Source of the DNA: an uncultured Bacteroidales bacterium | Lineage (GTDB): Bacteria; Bacteroidota; Bacteroidia; Bacteroidales; P3 | Direction: 5' to 3' | DNA: 64,000 nt | Assembly (NCBI GenBank): GCA_900317955.1 | Contig: ONIP01000012.1 | Location: 27,075-91,074, forward strand | Shown: positions 1 through 8,503 of the stretch, one piece after another | Layout of the letters: each line of letters begins with the position of its first letter | Numbering within the stretch: position 1 is the first letter of the stretch | The notes under the pieces: generated by a model | What the model saw: only the letters and a program-made list of their open reading frames with translations | Told to the model about the DNA's origin: nothing | Database searches by the model: none | Translations under genes and position numbers: made by a program

Positions 1-821
1 TCCTATGCACTTTGTTTACCAATATACGAGTTGTGACAACCTTCCATGGCTTTTATTTTGAAAATGCTCCCAAATGGAAGAAATGGATTGTTTACAAAGG
101 TAGCAAAATAATAGCCTTTGTAAGCGATTATATGCGCCAGCACTATATACAAAAAGGCATCTGGGGGAATATTGATCGTTATGTAGTCGTTTATAACGGC
201 ATCGACTTCAATAAATTTGGAGACATCACCAAAAGAAGTAATTCAGGGAACAAGGTGGAAATGTGCATGGTTGGCAGTTTTGGCCTGACTCGAAACCAAA
301 TGTTTGTATGCAAATTCCTTGAAAGATTAAACAACCAAGGGGTTGACTTCCATTTTACTTTTGTGGGCATAGCACGAAAAGGGGAAGAAGAATATTTAGA
401 AGAGTGTATGATATTTTGCCACAATCATAAATTGGACGAACGCGTTACTTTTGCTGGTTTAAGACACGATATTCCTTCCCTTCTGAAAAAGATGGACGCT
501 TTTGTTTATGCTTCACGATTGGATACTTTTGGCATAGCAATAATCGAAGCAGCAGCTTCTGGTCTACCTACTTTTGTAAACGACTGGGGAGTTATGGATG
601 AAGTAACACAACACGGGAAATTTGCCACGCTATACAAATCCAATGACTTAGACTCTCTGTGTTCCAAATTTAACGATTTTTTGGCACATCGCGATGAATA
701 TTGTTTACGAGCCATAGAAGCTGCTAAAGAAATAAGAAAAACATACAGCATCGAAGAGCATATTGCAACCTTGAACAGAATCTACAGAGAGGTGTGTCCA
801 GAGAAAACACCTTCCAACTAA
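1..821 (+). CDS. Glycosyltransferase, GT-B fold (family 4-like), 5' end outside window
   Basis: The frame stays open to the window edge upstream of the TTG at 12. The C-terminal GT-B motif region ...SRLDTFGIAIIEAAASGLPTFVND... is present. Confidence 0.75.
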   Translation, partial: LCTLFTNIRVVTTFHGFYFENAPKWKKWIVYKGSKIIAFVSDYMRQHYIQKGIWGNIDRYVVVYNGIDFNKFGDITKRSNSGNKVEMCMVGSFGLTRNQMFVCKFLERLNNQGVDFHFTFVGIARKGEEEYLEECMIFCHNHKLDERVTFAGLRHDIPSLLKKMDAFVYASRLDTFGIAIIEAAASGLPTFVNDWGVMDEVTQHGKFATLYKSNDLDSLCSKFNDFLAHRDEYCLRAIEAAKEIRKTYSIEEHIATLNRIYREVCPEKTPSN

Positions 822-872
822 ATAATAATTTAATTTGTTATTTAAACAATTGAATATAAGGAGAACCACCAC

Positions 873-1841
873 ATGGAATTAAAAACTGTTGGGCTTCCTA
901 TTTCTCATAAGGAAAATGAGCGGAGAAGAACCTTAGTACCAGCAGATATTGAGGTTATTCGCCACCCAGAACAAATTTACATCGAAGATGGCTATGGCGA
1001 TGTACTTGGATATAGCAATGATGATTATAGCTGTCAAGGTGTCAAGATCGCCAACCGACTAGAAGTTCTAAGTAAAGATATTGTCGCAGACCCAAAAGTA
1101 GGAGATGCTGAATACTTAGAAAACCTTAATGGTCAGACAGTTTTCGGATGGCTGCACGCAGTCCAGAACCGAGATATTACTGACAAAATGATTTCAAACA
1201 AACTCTCCGCCTATGCATGGGAAGACATGTATGAAACCGGAAGACACTGTTTTTGGCGCAATAATGAGATTGCAGGTGAAGCAGCAGTATTTCATGCATA
1301 CATGTGCCATGGGGTATTTCCATACAACACAAAAGCAGCAGTACTGGGGCGCGGAAACATTGCCAGAGGAGCTGTAAAAACACTCAATTTTATGGGTGCC
1401 GAGGTAATGCAATATGACCGGAAGACAGAAAACCTGTTCCGACAGGAATTGGGAAGATACGATGTAGTTGTAAACGCGATTTTATGGGATACTACACGCC
1501 ATGATCATATTATTTACCGTGAGGACTTAAAAAGGATGAAACATGGAGCCATGATTATCGATGTCTCATGCGACCGAAATGGCGGTGTTGAAACAAGTAT
1601 TCCTACTACAATTGAAAATCCAACCTATGTGATAGATGGGGTTACTCACTATGTGGTTGACCACACACCATCTCTCTTTTGGAAAACTGCCACAGAAACT
1701 CTAAGTGCTGAGTTTGTGAAATATATAGATTTTCTGATAGAAAACAGGCCATTGGAGAATCCTGTTCTTAAACTATGCCATAATTTTGAAAAAGGAGTAA
1801 TTCTTGACCATAGAATCATTGAATTTCAAGGACGAGAGTGA
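873..1841 (+). CDS. Alanine dehydrogenase/PNT-family enzyme resembling N5-(1-carboxyethyl)ornithine synthase (opine-type reductive condensation)
   Basis: The N-terminal ENERRRTLVP motif, the dinucleotide-binding motif VLGRGNIARGAV and the C-terminal HYVVDHTPSL match the layout I remember for Lactococcus CEOS. AAGGAG lies 9 nt upstream of the ATG. Confidence 0.55.
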   Translation: MELKTVGLPISHKENERRRTLVPADIEVIRHPEQIYIEDGYGDVLGYSNDDYSCQGVKIANRLEVLSKDIVADPKVGDAEYLENLNGQTVFGWLHAVQNRDITDKMISNKLSAYAWEDMYETGRHCFWRNNEIAGEAAVFHAYMCHGVFPYNTKAAVLGRGNIARGAVKTLNFMGAEVMQYDRKTENLFRQELGRYDVVVNAILWDTTRHDHIIYREDLKRMKHGAMIIDVSCDRNGGVETSIPTTIENPTYVIDGVTHYVVDHTPSLFWKTATETLSAEFVKYIDFLIENRPLENPVLKLCHNFEKGVILDHRIIEFQGRE

Positions 1842-1900
1842 GTTAATACTAGCAAATATGGCAAGATATTATTATTGATATAAGTAAGTGTACTAATAAT

Positions 1901-2914
1901 ATGAAGCTAACCATTACCGGAGGAGCCGGGTTTATAGGTTCTAATTTGTGTGATTTTTTTGTCGGACAGGGTGACAATGTTACTTGTCTAGACAATCTAT
2001 CTACTGGGTTCAAACACAATATTGAGCACCTTATAGGACGACCCAATTTCAAGTTCATTGAAGGCGATATACGTGATCTTGACACTTGTCGCCAAGCAGT
2101 TGAAGGGAGCAATGTGGTTTTGCATGAAGCAGCATTGGGCAGTGTGCCACGCAGCATAAACAACCCAATTAATACAAATGCAAATAATATTGATGGATTC
2201 CTTAATATGTTGGTTGCCTCTCGCGATGCGGGAGTATCACGCTTTGTATATGCAGCAAGTTCGTCAACCTATGGTGATAGCCAAGAATTGCCCAAAGTAG
2301 AATACCGAATTGGACGTCCACTGTCTCCCTACGCTATCACCAAGTTCGTGAATGAACTATACGCCCAAGTGTTTACTCAACTTTATGGATTAGAAACCGT
2401 TGGACTAAGATATTTCAATGTTTTTGGTCCACGACAAGACCCCAATGGAGCCTATGCTGCTGTTATCCCTTTATGGGTCAAGGCTTTAATTCACCATGAT
2501 CCACCTTTTATCAATGGTGATGGCTTATACTCAAGGGATTTTACCTATATTGCCAATGTTGTACAAGCTAATGGTTTAGCTGCAACCATTCCCTCTAAAA
2601 CGCTACATGAGAACATGGAACAATACAACAAGTCTTTGCCTTTAGGGGCACCAAGGGACTATGTATTTAATGTGGCTTTTGGTGGTAATACTACCTTGAA
2701 TGCATTGTATGACTGCCTGCGCAACAATCTTTCAAAGTTTGACCCAGCAATAGCCAACATTAAACCTATTTATAGGGAGAACAGGGCTGGTGATATACCT
2801 CATTCCCAAGCATCAATCGAAAAGGGTAAACAAGTACTCGGATACAACCCTAAATACGATGCACAGGCGGGTTTTGCTGAAGCATGCGAATGGTATTGGA
2901 ATAATTTGAAATAA
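1901..2914 (+). CDS. NAD-dependent sugar-nucleotide 4-epimerase (WbpP/TviC-like SDR)
   Basis: N-terminal Rossmann motif TGGAGFIGSNL. The YxxxK region (SPYAITKF) is present. The length is typical of extended SDR epimerases. Confidence 0.8.
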   Translation: MKLTITGGAGFIGSNLCDFFVGQGDNVTCLDNLSTGFKHNIEHLIGRPNFKFIEGDIRDLDTCRQAVEGSNVVLHEAALGSVPRSINNPINTNANNIDGFLNMLVASRDAGVSRFVYAASSSTYGDSQELPKVEYRIGRPLSPYAITKFVNELYAQVFTQLYGLETVGLRYFNVFGPRQDPNGAYAAVIPLWVKALIHHDPPFINGDGLYSRDFTYIANVVQANGLAATIPSKTLHENMEQYNKSLPLGAPRDYVFNVAFGGNTTLNALYDCLRNNLSKFDPAIANIKPIYRENRAGDIPHSQASIEKGKQVLGYNPKYDAQAGFAEACEWYWNNLK

Positions 2915-3843
2915 TGAAAATTATATTCGTAGCAAGCGGAAATAAAAACGTTGGAACAGTAAGTGCTTTCGTTCGTTCACAATATGAATCATTACAGCGT
3001 GAAGGCTTAGAAATGATTCTCTTTCCTGTCTGTGGCCACGGATGGAAAGCCTATACTCGTGCCATCTGGCAGTTACGAGCATTAATTCGAAAGGAACATC
3101 CAGATGTGATTCATGCCCATTACTCCGTATGTGGGATTGTCGCTTTTCTTGCTTCAATTGGACTAAAAACACGCATAGTTGTTTCCATTTTGGGGAGTTT
3201 TCCAAGCGAGAGTTTCAAACTGCGGTGGGTTCGTTTCTGCATTAGGCACTGCTGGAATGCAACAATTGTCAAATCACAGCGCACTGCTGACCAAATCGGT
3301 ATCAAGTTGCCAGTTGTTCCCAACGGCGTAAACTTGGAACAGTTTGACATAATAAACCAGCAAGAAGCCAGAAAAAAATGCAATTTTGAAGAAGGGAAAA
3401 AATACGTTATCTGGTGCTCCGACCCTAAGCGTACAGAAAAACGCTTCATATGGGCACAAGAAGCAGTTAAAAACCTGCACAATAGCAATGTTATTCTTTA
3501 TCCCGTTTACAACAAAAGCCACGACGATGTAGTTAAATACATGTGCGCTGCCGACCTATTACTACTTACTTCAGTGTGTGAAGGTTCTCCAAATGTAATT
3601 AAAGAAGCTATGGCCTGCAATTGCCCCATTGTTAGCACTGATGTTGGAGATGTTCGTTGGGTAACAGAAGGTATTGATGGCACCTATATAGCACCATGCG
3701 GCAATATTGAATTACTAAGCAAATGTATAGATAAAGCCCTGGCAAAAGGAGGCAGAACTGATGGTCGTAAACGCATTATTGAATATGGACTCACCACAAA
3801 AACTATAGCTAAAAAAATTAAATCAATCTATGAATCTCTATAA
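2914..3843 (+). CDS. Glycosyltransferase family 4-like
   Basis: GT-B C-terminal region ...LLLLTSVCEGSPNVIKEAMACNCPIVSTDVGD... The TAATG junction overlaps the upstream stop. Confidence 0.75.
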   Translation: MKIIFVASGNKNVGTVSAFVRSQYESLQREGLEMILFPVCGHGWKAYTRAIWQLRALIRKEHPDVIHAHYSVCGIVAFLASIGLKTRIVVSILGSFPSESFKLRWVRFCIRHCWNATIVKSQRTADQIGIKLPVVPNGVNLEQFDIINQQEARKKCNFEEGKKYVIWCSDPKRTEKRFIWAQEAVKNLHNSNVILYPVYNKSHDDVVKYMCAADLLLLTSVCEGSPNVIKEAMACNCPIVSTDVGDVRWVTEGIDGTYIAPCGNIELLSKCIDKALAKGGRTDGRKRIIEYGLTTKTIAKKIKSIYESL

Positions 3844-5236
3844 TATACTTGACAGATACATTTTTCTCCCTCTAGGGGATTTAGTATATGGGAGCCGAGT
3901 GGCCTCCAAATTTAATGAACTACGCCGCAATGAACACCTTTCTTCAGAGCAACTAAAAGCCCTTCAACAAAAGAAACTCCAAAAACTAATACGCCACTGT
4001 TACAAAACAGTTCCATATTACACTCGACTTTTCGACCAATTGGGCATCACCCCTGATATGATAAAGACTCCCGAAGACTTACAGAAACTGCCACCCTTAA
4101 CTAAACAACTAATCCGTGACAACTACAACGACCTTTTCAGCACCGCCATACCCCAAAAAAGAAGACGCAAATCCTCAACAGGAGGGAGCACAGGTACACC
4201 ACTCCAATTCTGCACCGACTCGTTGGAATGGAGCAGCTGGAAAGCCTCTACTCTCCGTGCATGGGAATGGTACGGTATGAAACTTGGTGATAAAATCTTC
4301 TCATTAGGCGGGAGTTCTATTAACAAAAGAAAACAACTTTTTTCATTTAAAGGGCTATACGACCGTATCATAATGCGTAATTTCAAATACAGTAGTGCGG
4401 ATGTCACAGACAAAAGCATGAAACGCAATTATGATTCCATGATGAAATTAAAGCCATCCGCACTCCGTGGTTACGGCTCCTCTCTTTATATCTTAGCAAG
4501 ATACATAGAAAAAATGAGGCTCCCTGTATGTCCAATTAAAGTAATCCTTACTACAGGCGAAGTTCTCATGCCTGAGTACCGGCGCAAACTGGAAGAAGTA
4601 TTTTCTGCACCGGTTTACGATGCATACGGTGCAGGTGACGGAGGCATTCTTTCGCACGAATGTCCTTGTCGCGAAGGACTACACATTTCCGAAGAAGCCT
4701 GCATTATTGAAATCACAGACAAACAAGGCACACCTTTACCAGATGGAGAAGTAGGCCATGTATGCTCAACAGACCTCGACAACTATGTTTTCCCATTTAT
4801 CCGCTACCAAGTAGGCGACATGGCTTATATCAAACCCGAACCATGCTCCTGCGGCAGACCATCAAGACTTATTGGTCAAGTAATGGGTCGAGCCGGAAGA
4901 CTAATGTATAATAAAAAAGGCGTTCCCATTCCTCCCACTGTCTTACCCATGATGTTCTACCCCAACCTTGATTACCATAACAAAGAATACCAAAAAACAT
5001 ACTATAAAATTGACAAATTCCAGATACGCCAAGACAAACAGGGAGACATACTCATTCTTCTTAAATTAAAAGACCCCACTGAGTCACATGAACAATTCGA
5101 TTACATCATCGAAAATTACCGTGCACATTTCACAGAATCTGAGGTTTCCTTACAATTCGTAGACGAGATTCCCACCCTCCCATCGGGCAAAGAGGACTAC
5201 TGCGTGTCCGAATACGACTATAATCCTGCAAAATAA
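3830..5236 (+). CDS. Phenylacetate-CoA ligase family / CapK-like adenylate-forming enzyme
   Basis: AMP-binding P-loop-like motif SSTGGSTGTPL. The YGAGDGG and GDMAY motifs are typical of the PaaK/F390-synthetase/CapK family. It overlaps the upstream gene by 14 nt. Confidence 0.75.
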   Translation: MNLYNILDRYIFLPLGDLVYGSRVASKFNELRRNEHLSSEQLKALQQKKLQKLIRHCYKTVPYYTRLFDQLGITPDMIKTPEDLQKLPPLTKQLIRDNYNDLFSTAIPQKRRRKSSTGGSTGTPLQFCTDSLEWSSWKASTLRAWEWYGMKLGDKIFSLGGSSINKRKQLFSFKGLYDRIIMRNFKYSSADVTDKSMKRNYDSMMKLKPSALRGYGSSLYILARYIEKMRLPVCPIKVILTTGEVLMPEYRRKLEEVFSAPVYDAYGAGDGGILSHECPCREGLHISEEACIIEITDKQGTPLPDGEVGHVCSTDLDNYVFPFIRYQVGDMAYIKPEPCSCGRPSRLIGQVMGRAGRLMYNKKGVPIPPTVLPMMFYPNLDYHNKEYQKTYYKIDKFQIRQDKQGDILILLKLKDPTESHEQFDYIIENYRAHFTESEVSLQFVDEIPTLPSGKEDYCVSEYDYNPAK

Positions 5237-5264
5237 TAAAAAACACTTTTTTATTCATCAGAAT

Positions 5265-5744
5265 ATGTCTATTGTACAACACCGTTCACTTAAATCAATA
5301 CTGAAAGGCATCTGGACCCACTCTCTTTCCATCCTGACTATGTTCACCTTCCCTTATCAGGTAACTGTTGCTCTACATCGTCTTCGGGGTGTAAAAATCG
5401 GCAAAAAAACTCATGTCGCCCGAGGTGTCATTCTCGATGACCGAAATCCTGATTTGATTGAGATCGGAAATGGAGTTGCTGTCACCTCAGGAGTAATGAT
5501 ACTTTGCCACCAAAGAGACCTATCAAATTATCACCCAGGAATGTACGCTATGCATTGTCCTTTTAAAGAAGGCAAAGTAACAATCCATGACGGTGCTCAT
5601 ATTGGTATTGGCGCAATCATAATGCCCGGAGTAACTATTGGAGAGGGGGCCATCATTGGTGCCGGAAGTGTTGTAACTCGTGACATCCCTCCCTATTGTG
5701 TCGCAGTTGGCTCACCAGCAAAAGTCATAAAGACTTTCCAATAA
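5265..5744 (+). CDS. Hexapeptide-repeat (LbH) acyl/acetyltransferase
   Basis: Repeated [LIV]-G-x4 hexapeptides (IHDGAHIGIGAIIMPGVTIGEGAIIGAGSVV). Confidence 0.8.
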   Translation: MSIVQHRSLKSILKGIWTHSLSILTMFTFPYQVTVALHRLRGVKIGKKTHVARGVILDDRNPDLIEIGNGVAVTSGVMILCHQRDLSNYHPGMYAMHCPFKEGKVTIHDGAHIGIGAIIMPGVTIGEGAIIGAGSVVTRDIPPYCVAVGSPAKVIKTFQ

Positions 5745-5809
5745 TACCACTTACCACACAAAGCCAACATATAATACAAAATCTTCAAGACAAGAAAAAA
5801 CAAAATAAA

Positions 5810-6832
5810 GTGAAATATCTTTTCGAACTCAATCATCCAAAGCACTACTATCAATTCAAGTACATCATGCAATCTCTCAAAGAGCAAGGGCATGAAATCC
5901 TTGTACTTGCACGCCACAAAGATGTCCTTATCAAACTCCTTGAACAGGAAGGCGTAAAATATATCATTTTTGGTAAACATCATAAAACTCTATACACTAA
6001 GATTATAGGTACATTTGGCTTAATGCCTAACTACATAAAAATTGCTCGCAATTTCAACCCTGATGTTATTGTATCTAAGGCCTCTTGGTATGGAACTGCC
6101 ACTGCCAAACTACTACATAAAAAATCAGTCATATTCCCTGACTCAGAAGTGGTAAAAGTAACTAATAAATTCGTCGTACCACTTTGTACACGTGTTGTAA
6201 CACCACAGCCATTCAAACTTAACTACGGCACAAAACACGTTAGAATACCTGGTATCTTTGAAGATTGCTACCTCGCACCCCAAGTATTTACACCCAACCC
6301 TGCCATTGTAGATCAATACCATCTTAAACAACCATACGCAATATTAAGATTTGTAGGATGGGAAGCCAATCATGATGTAGGCAATGCGGGATTCAATCTC
6401 CAACAGAAAGAGGAACTTGTTCACACAATAGCAAAACACATGACAGTCTACATCTCCTCCGAGAAAGAACTACCTAAACACCTCGCACAATACCAACTGC
6501 CTACACCAGCCTCTCTTATACACCACGTTCTCAGTGCAGCCTACCTCTATGTTGGTGACTCTCAAACCATGGCCTCCGAAGCTGCTCTGCTTGGCACACC
6601 CGCCATACGCTCCAACACCTTTGTCGGTCCAAACGACATGTCGAACTTTATCATGTTACAAAACAAATATGGGATGCTTTACAACATCTCCAACCCTACT
6701 GAAGCTATCGAAAAGGCATCGGAACTTGCTGCTTCCCCTAAAAAAGAAGAATGGACTCAAAAACGTGAACAATACTACGAACAAGTAGGAGACATCAACG
6801 CACAAATAGTCCAACTACTCACCAACATTTAA
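5810..6832 (+). CDS. DUF354-family protein (GT-B/epimerase-like fold, function unknown)
   Basis: The ORF track starts at 5696 and overlaps the upstream gene. The family-typical N-terminus (V)KYLFELNHPKHYYQFKYIMQSLKEQGHEI begins at the in-frame GTG at 5810. The start codon is uncertain. Confidence 0.55.
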   Translation: MKYLFELNHPKHYYQFKYIMQSLKEQGHEILVLARHKDVLIKLLEQEGVKYIIFGKHHKTLYTKIIGTFGLMPNYIKIARNFNPDVIVSKASWYGTATAKLLHKKSVIFPDSEVVKVTNKFVVPLCTRVVTPQPFKLNYGTKHVRIPGIFEDCYLAPQVFTPNPAIVDQYHLKQPYAILRFVGWEANHDVGNAGFNLQQKEELVHTIAKHMTVYISSEKELPKHLAQYQLPTPASLIHHVLSAAYLYVGDSQTMASEAALLGTPAIRSNTFVGPNDMSNFIMLQNKYGMLYNISNPTEAIEKASELAASPKKEEWTQKREQYYEQVGDINAQIVQLLTNI

Positions 6833-6836
6833 CCAG

Positions 6837-7604
6837 ATGGATTTCACACTAAAAACATACCGGGATCTATTACTTGCATTGCAGGCAAGCGGAATTAACT
6901 TCCGTTTACGTCACGATGTAGATCTCAAACCCCTACGTTCACTACGCACAGCAAAACTCGAAAACCAACTCGGAATAAAAGCCACTTACTACTTCCGAAC
7001 TGTACCTCAGAGTTTCAACCCAGAAATAATAAAACAGATTCATTCCCTCAAACACACGATAGGCTATCATTACGAATCCCTAACCACCACTCAAGGAAAC
7101 ATCGATGCAGCCTACAAAGATTTCTGCATAAACCTTAATCGTCTGCGCGCTCTCGCTCCCATAAACACAATATGCATGCATGGCTCGCCACGAAGCCCAT
7201 ACGACAGCCGCGACATCTGGAAAAAATACGACTATCACACTCTGGACATAGATTATGAACCATACTTTGACACCGACTACAACTCAACACTTTACCTCAC
7301 CGACACTGGTCGACGCTGGGACGGCTATCAAGTAAGTGTACGTGACAAGATACCTCAACACCAAGAAAAATGGCAACGACAAGGCCTCTCCTACCACTCA
7401 ACACCTCAAATTATTGCCGCTCTTCTCAACCCTGCTTCACCCTTGCGCTGCTCTGGCCTCTCTCTCCTTATCACTACCCATCCACAACGCTGGACTAACC
7501 CTGGACTCGCCCATCTATCTGAATTCACAATTCAAACCATCAAGAACATAGTAAAACGACTTCTTATTCTCCATAAAAACAAAAATAATTCAGCCACACA
7601 ATAA
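6837..7604 (+). CDS. Polysaccharide-deacetylase-like / conserved partner of DUF354, function unknown
   Basis: Coding-like ORF lying 4 nt after the DUF354 gene. The motifs RHDVD and GYHYE recall the NodB-like His/Asp metal site. The assignment is tentative. Confidence 0.4.
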   Translation: MDFTLKTYRDLLLALQASGINFRLRHDVDLKPLRSLRTAKLENQLGIKATYYFRTVPQSFNPEIIKQIHSLKHTIGYHYESLTTTQGNIDAAYKDFCINLNRLRALAPINTICMHGSPRSPYDSRDIWKKYDYHTLDIDYEPYFDTDYNSTLYLTDTGRRWDGYQVSVRDKIPQHQEKWQRQGLSYHSTPQIIAALLNPASPLRCSGLSLLITTHPQRWTNPGLAHLSEFTIQTIKNIVKRLLILHKNKNNSATQ

Positions 7605-7688
7605 TAAAACATCCAAATCGTTATAAATAAAATTAAAATATTGTTAATTTTTCATTCTATCAATATTGGTACGAAAAAATATAATACA

Positions 7689-8477
7689 ATGAAACATACA
7701 TTTAAAACCCTTTTAATTGCCCTCTGCACAACATTGGCTTTTGCCTCATGCGTAACTCCCAGTCAAGTAAACTATCTACAGGATATGCGGCATGGAAGTC
7801 AAATAGAACTTGAAAATAAATTCCAAGCCGTCATCTGTCCCTACGACGAACTTGATATCTACGTGTTCTCTTCCGATGACGAACAAAAGCTTGCAAGCCC
7901 CTTTAACATTAGTACTATCTCATCAGGCACTCAAAACCCCAACCGACGTGGAGCCTATCTCGTTGATGTCAACGGCAACATCCAATTCCCCATCCTGGGC
8001 GAAATCCATGTTGCTGGATTGACCCGCCTTCAATTACAAGACACACTCAAATACAAACTCGAAAGTGGCAATCTCCTTAGCAGCGCAGTTGTTATGGTAC
8101 GTTTTGCCAATTTCAAAATCTTTTTCCTTGGTGCTGAAGGCGGCAAATGTATCACTATTAGCAACGAACGATGCACCTTTCTTGAAGCCCTTGCCCTCTC
8201 GGGTGACTTAAGCATCTACACAAGTCGAAGCAAAATCGCTGTCATGCGTGAAGTCGACGGAAAAATGGTCATGCGTTACCTCGACCCTCGCTCTTCCTCT
8301 GTGTTTCAAGACCCATTTTTCATGCTTCAACAAAACGACATCATCCTCACCCAAAACTATAACACCGCTACCACCCGCAACGAAGCCCGTAACTTTATTG
8401 GAATGTGGGTCTCCACTGCCATGTCATCTATTACACTGATATTGACTGTTATCAACCTGTTAAACAAGAAGAATTAA
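7689..8477 (+). CDS. wza: Polysaccharide export outer-membrane lipoprotein (Wza/BexD family)
   Basis: The start was moved to the ATG at 7689, which gives the lipoprotein signal MKHTFKTLLIALCTTLAFASC. Poly_export-like core ...YLVDVNGNIQFPILGEIHVAGLT... Confidence 0.8.
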   Translation: MKHTFKTLLIALCTTLAFASCVTPSQVNYLQDMRHGSQIELENKFQAVICPYDELDIYVFSSDDEQKLASPFNISTISSGTQNPNRRGAYLVDVNGNIQFPILGEIHVAGLTRLQLQDTLKYKLESGNLLSSAVVMVRFANFKIFFLGAEGGKCITISNERCTFLEALALSGDLSIYTSRSKIAVMREVDGKMVMRYLDPRSSSVFQDPFFMLQQNDIILTQNYNTATTRNEARNFIGMWVSTAMSSITLILTVINLLNKKN

Positions 8478-8503
8478 TCCGCCAATAAATCCAACATGTA
8501 ACC

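Noticed and set aside
5696-5809. The upstream extension of the DUF354 ORF as listed in the track (start at 5696).
   Set aside because: It overlaps the 3' end of the acetyltransferase gene by 49 nt. It also adds a Lys/Gln-rich segment that is not part of the family N-terminus. The GTG at 5810 fits better, although this is unverified.
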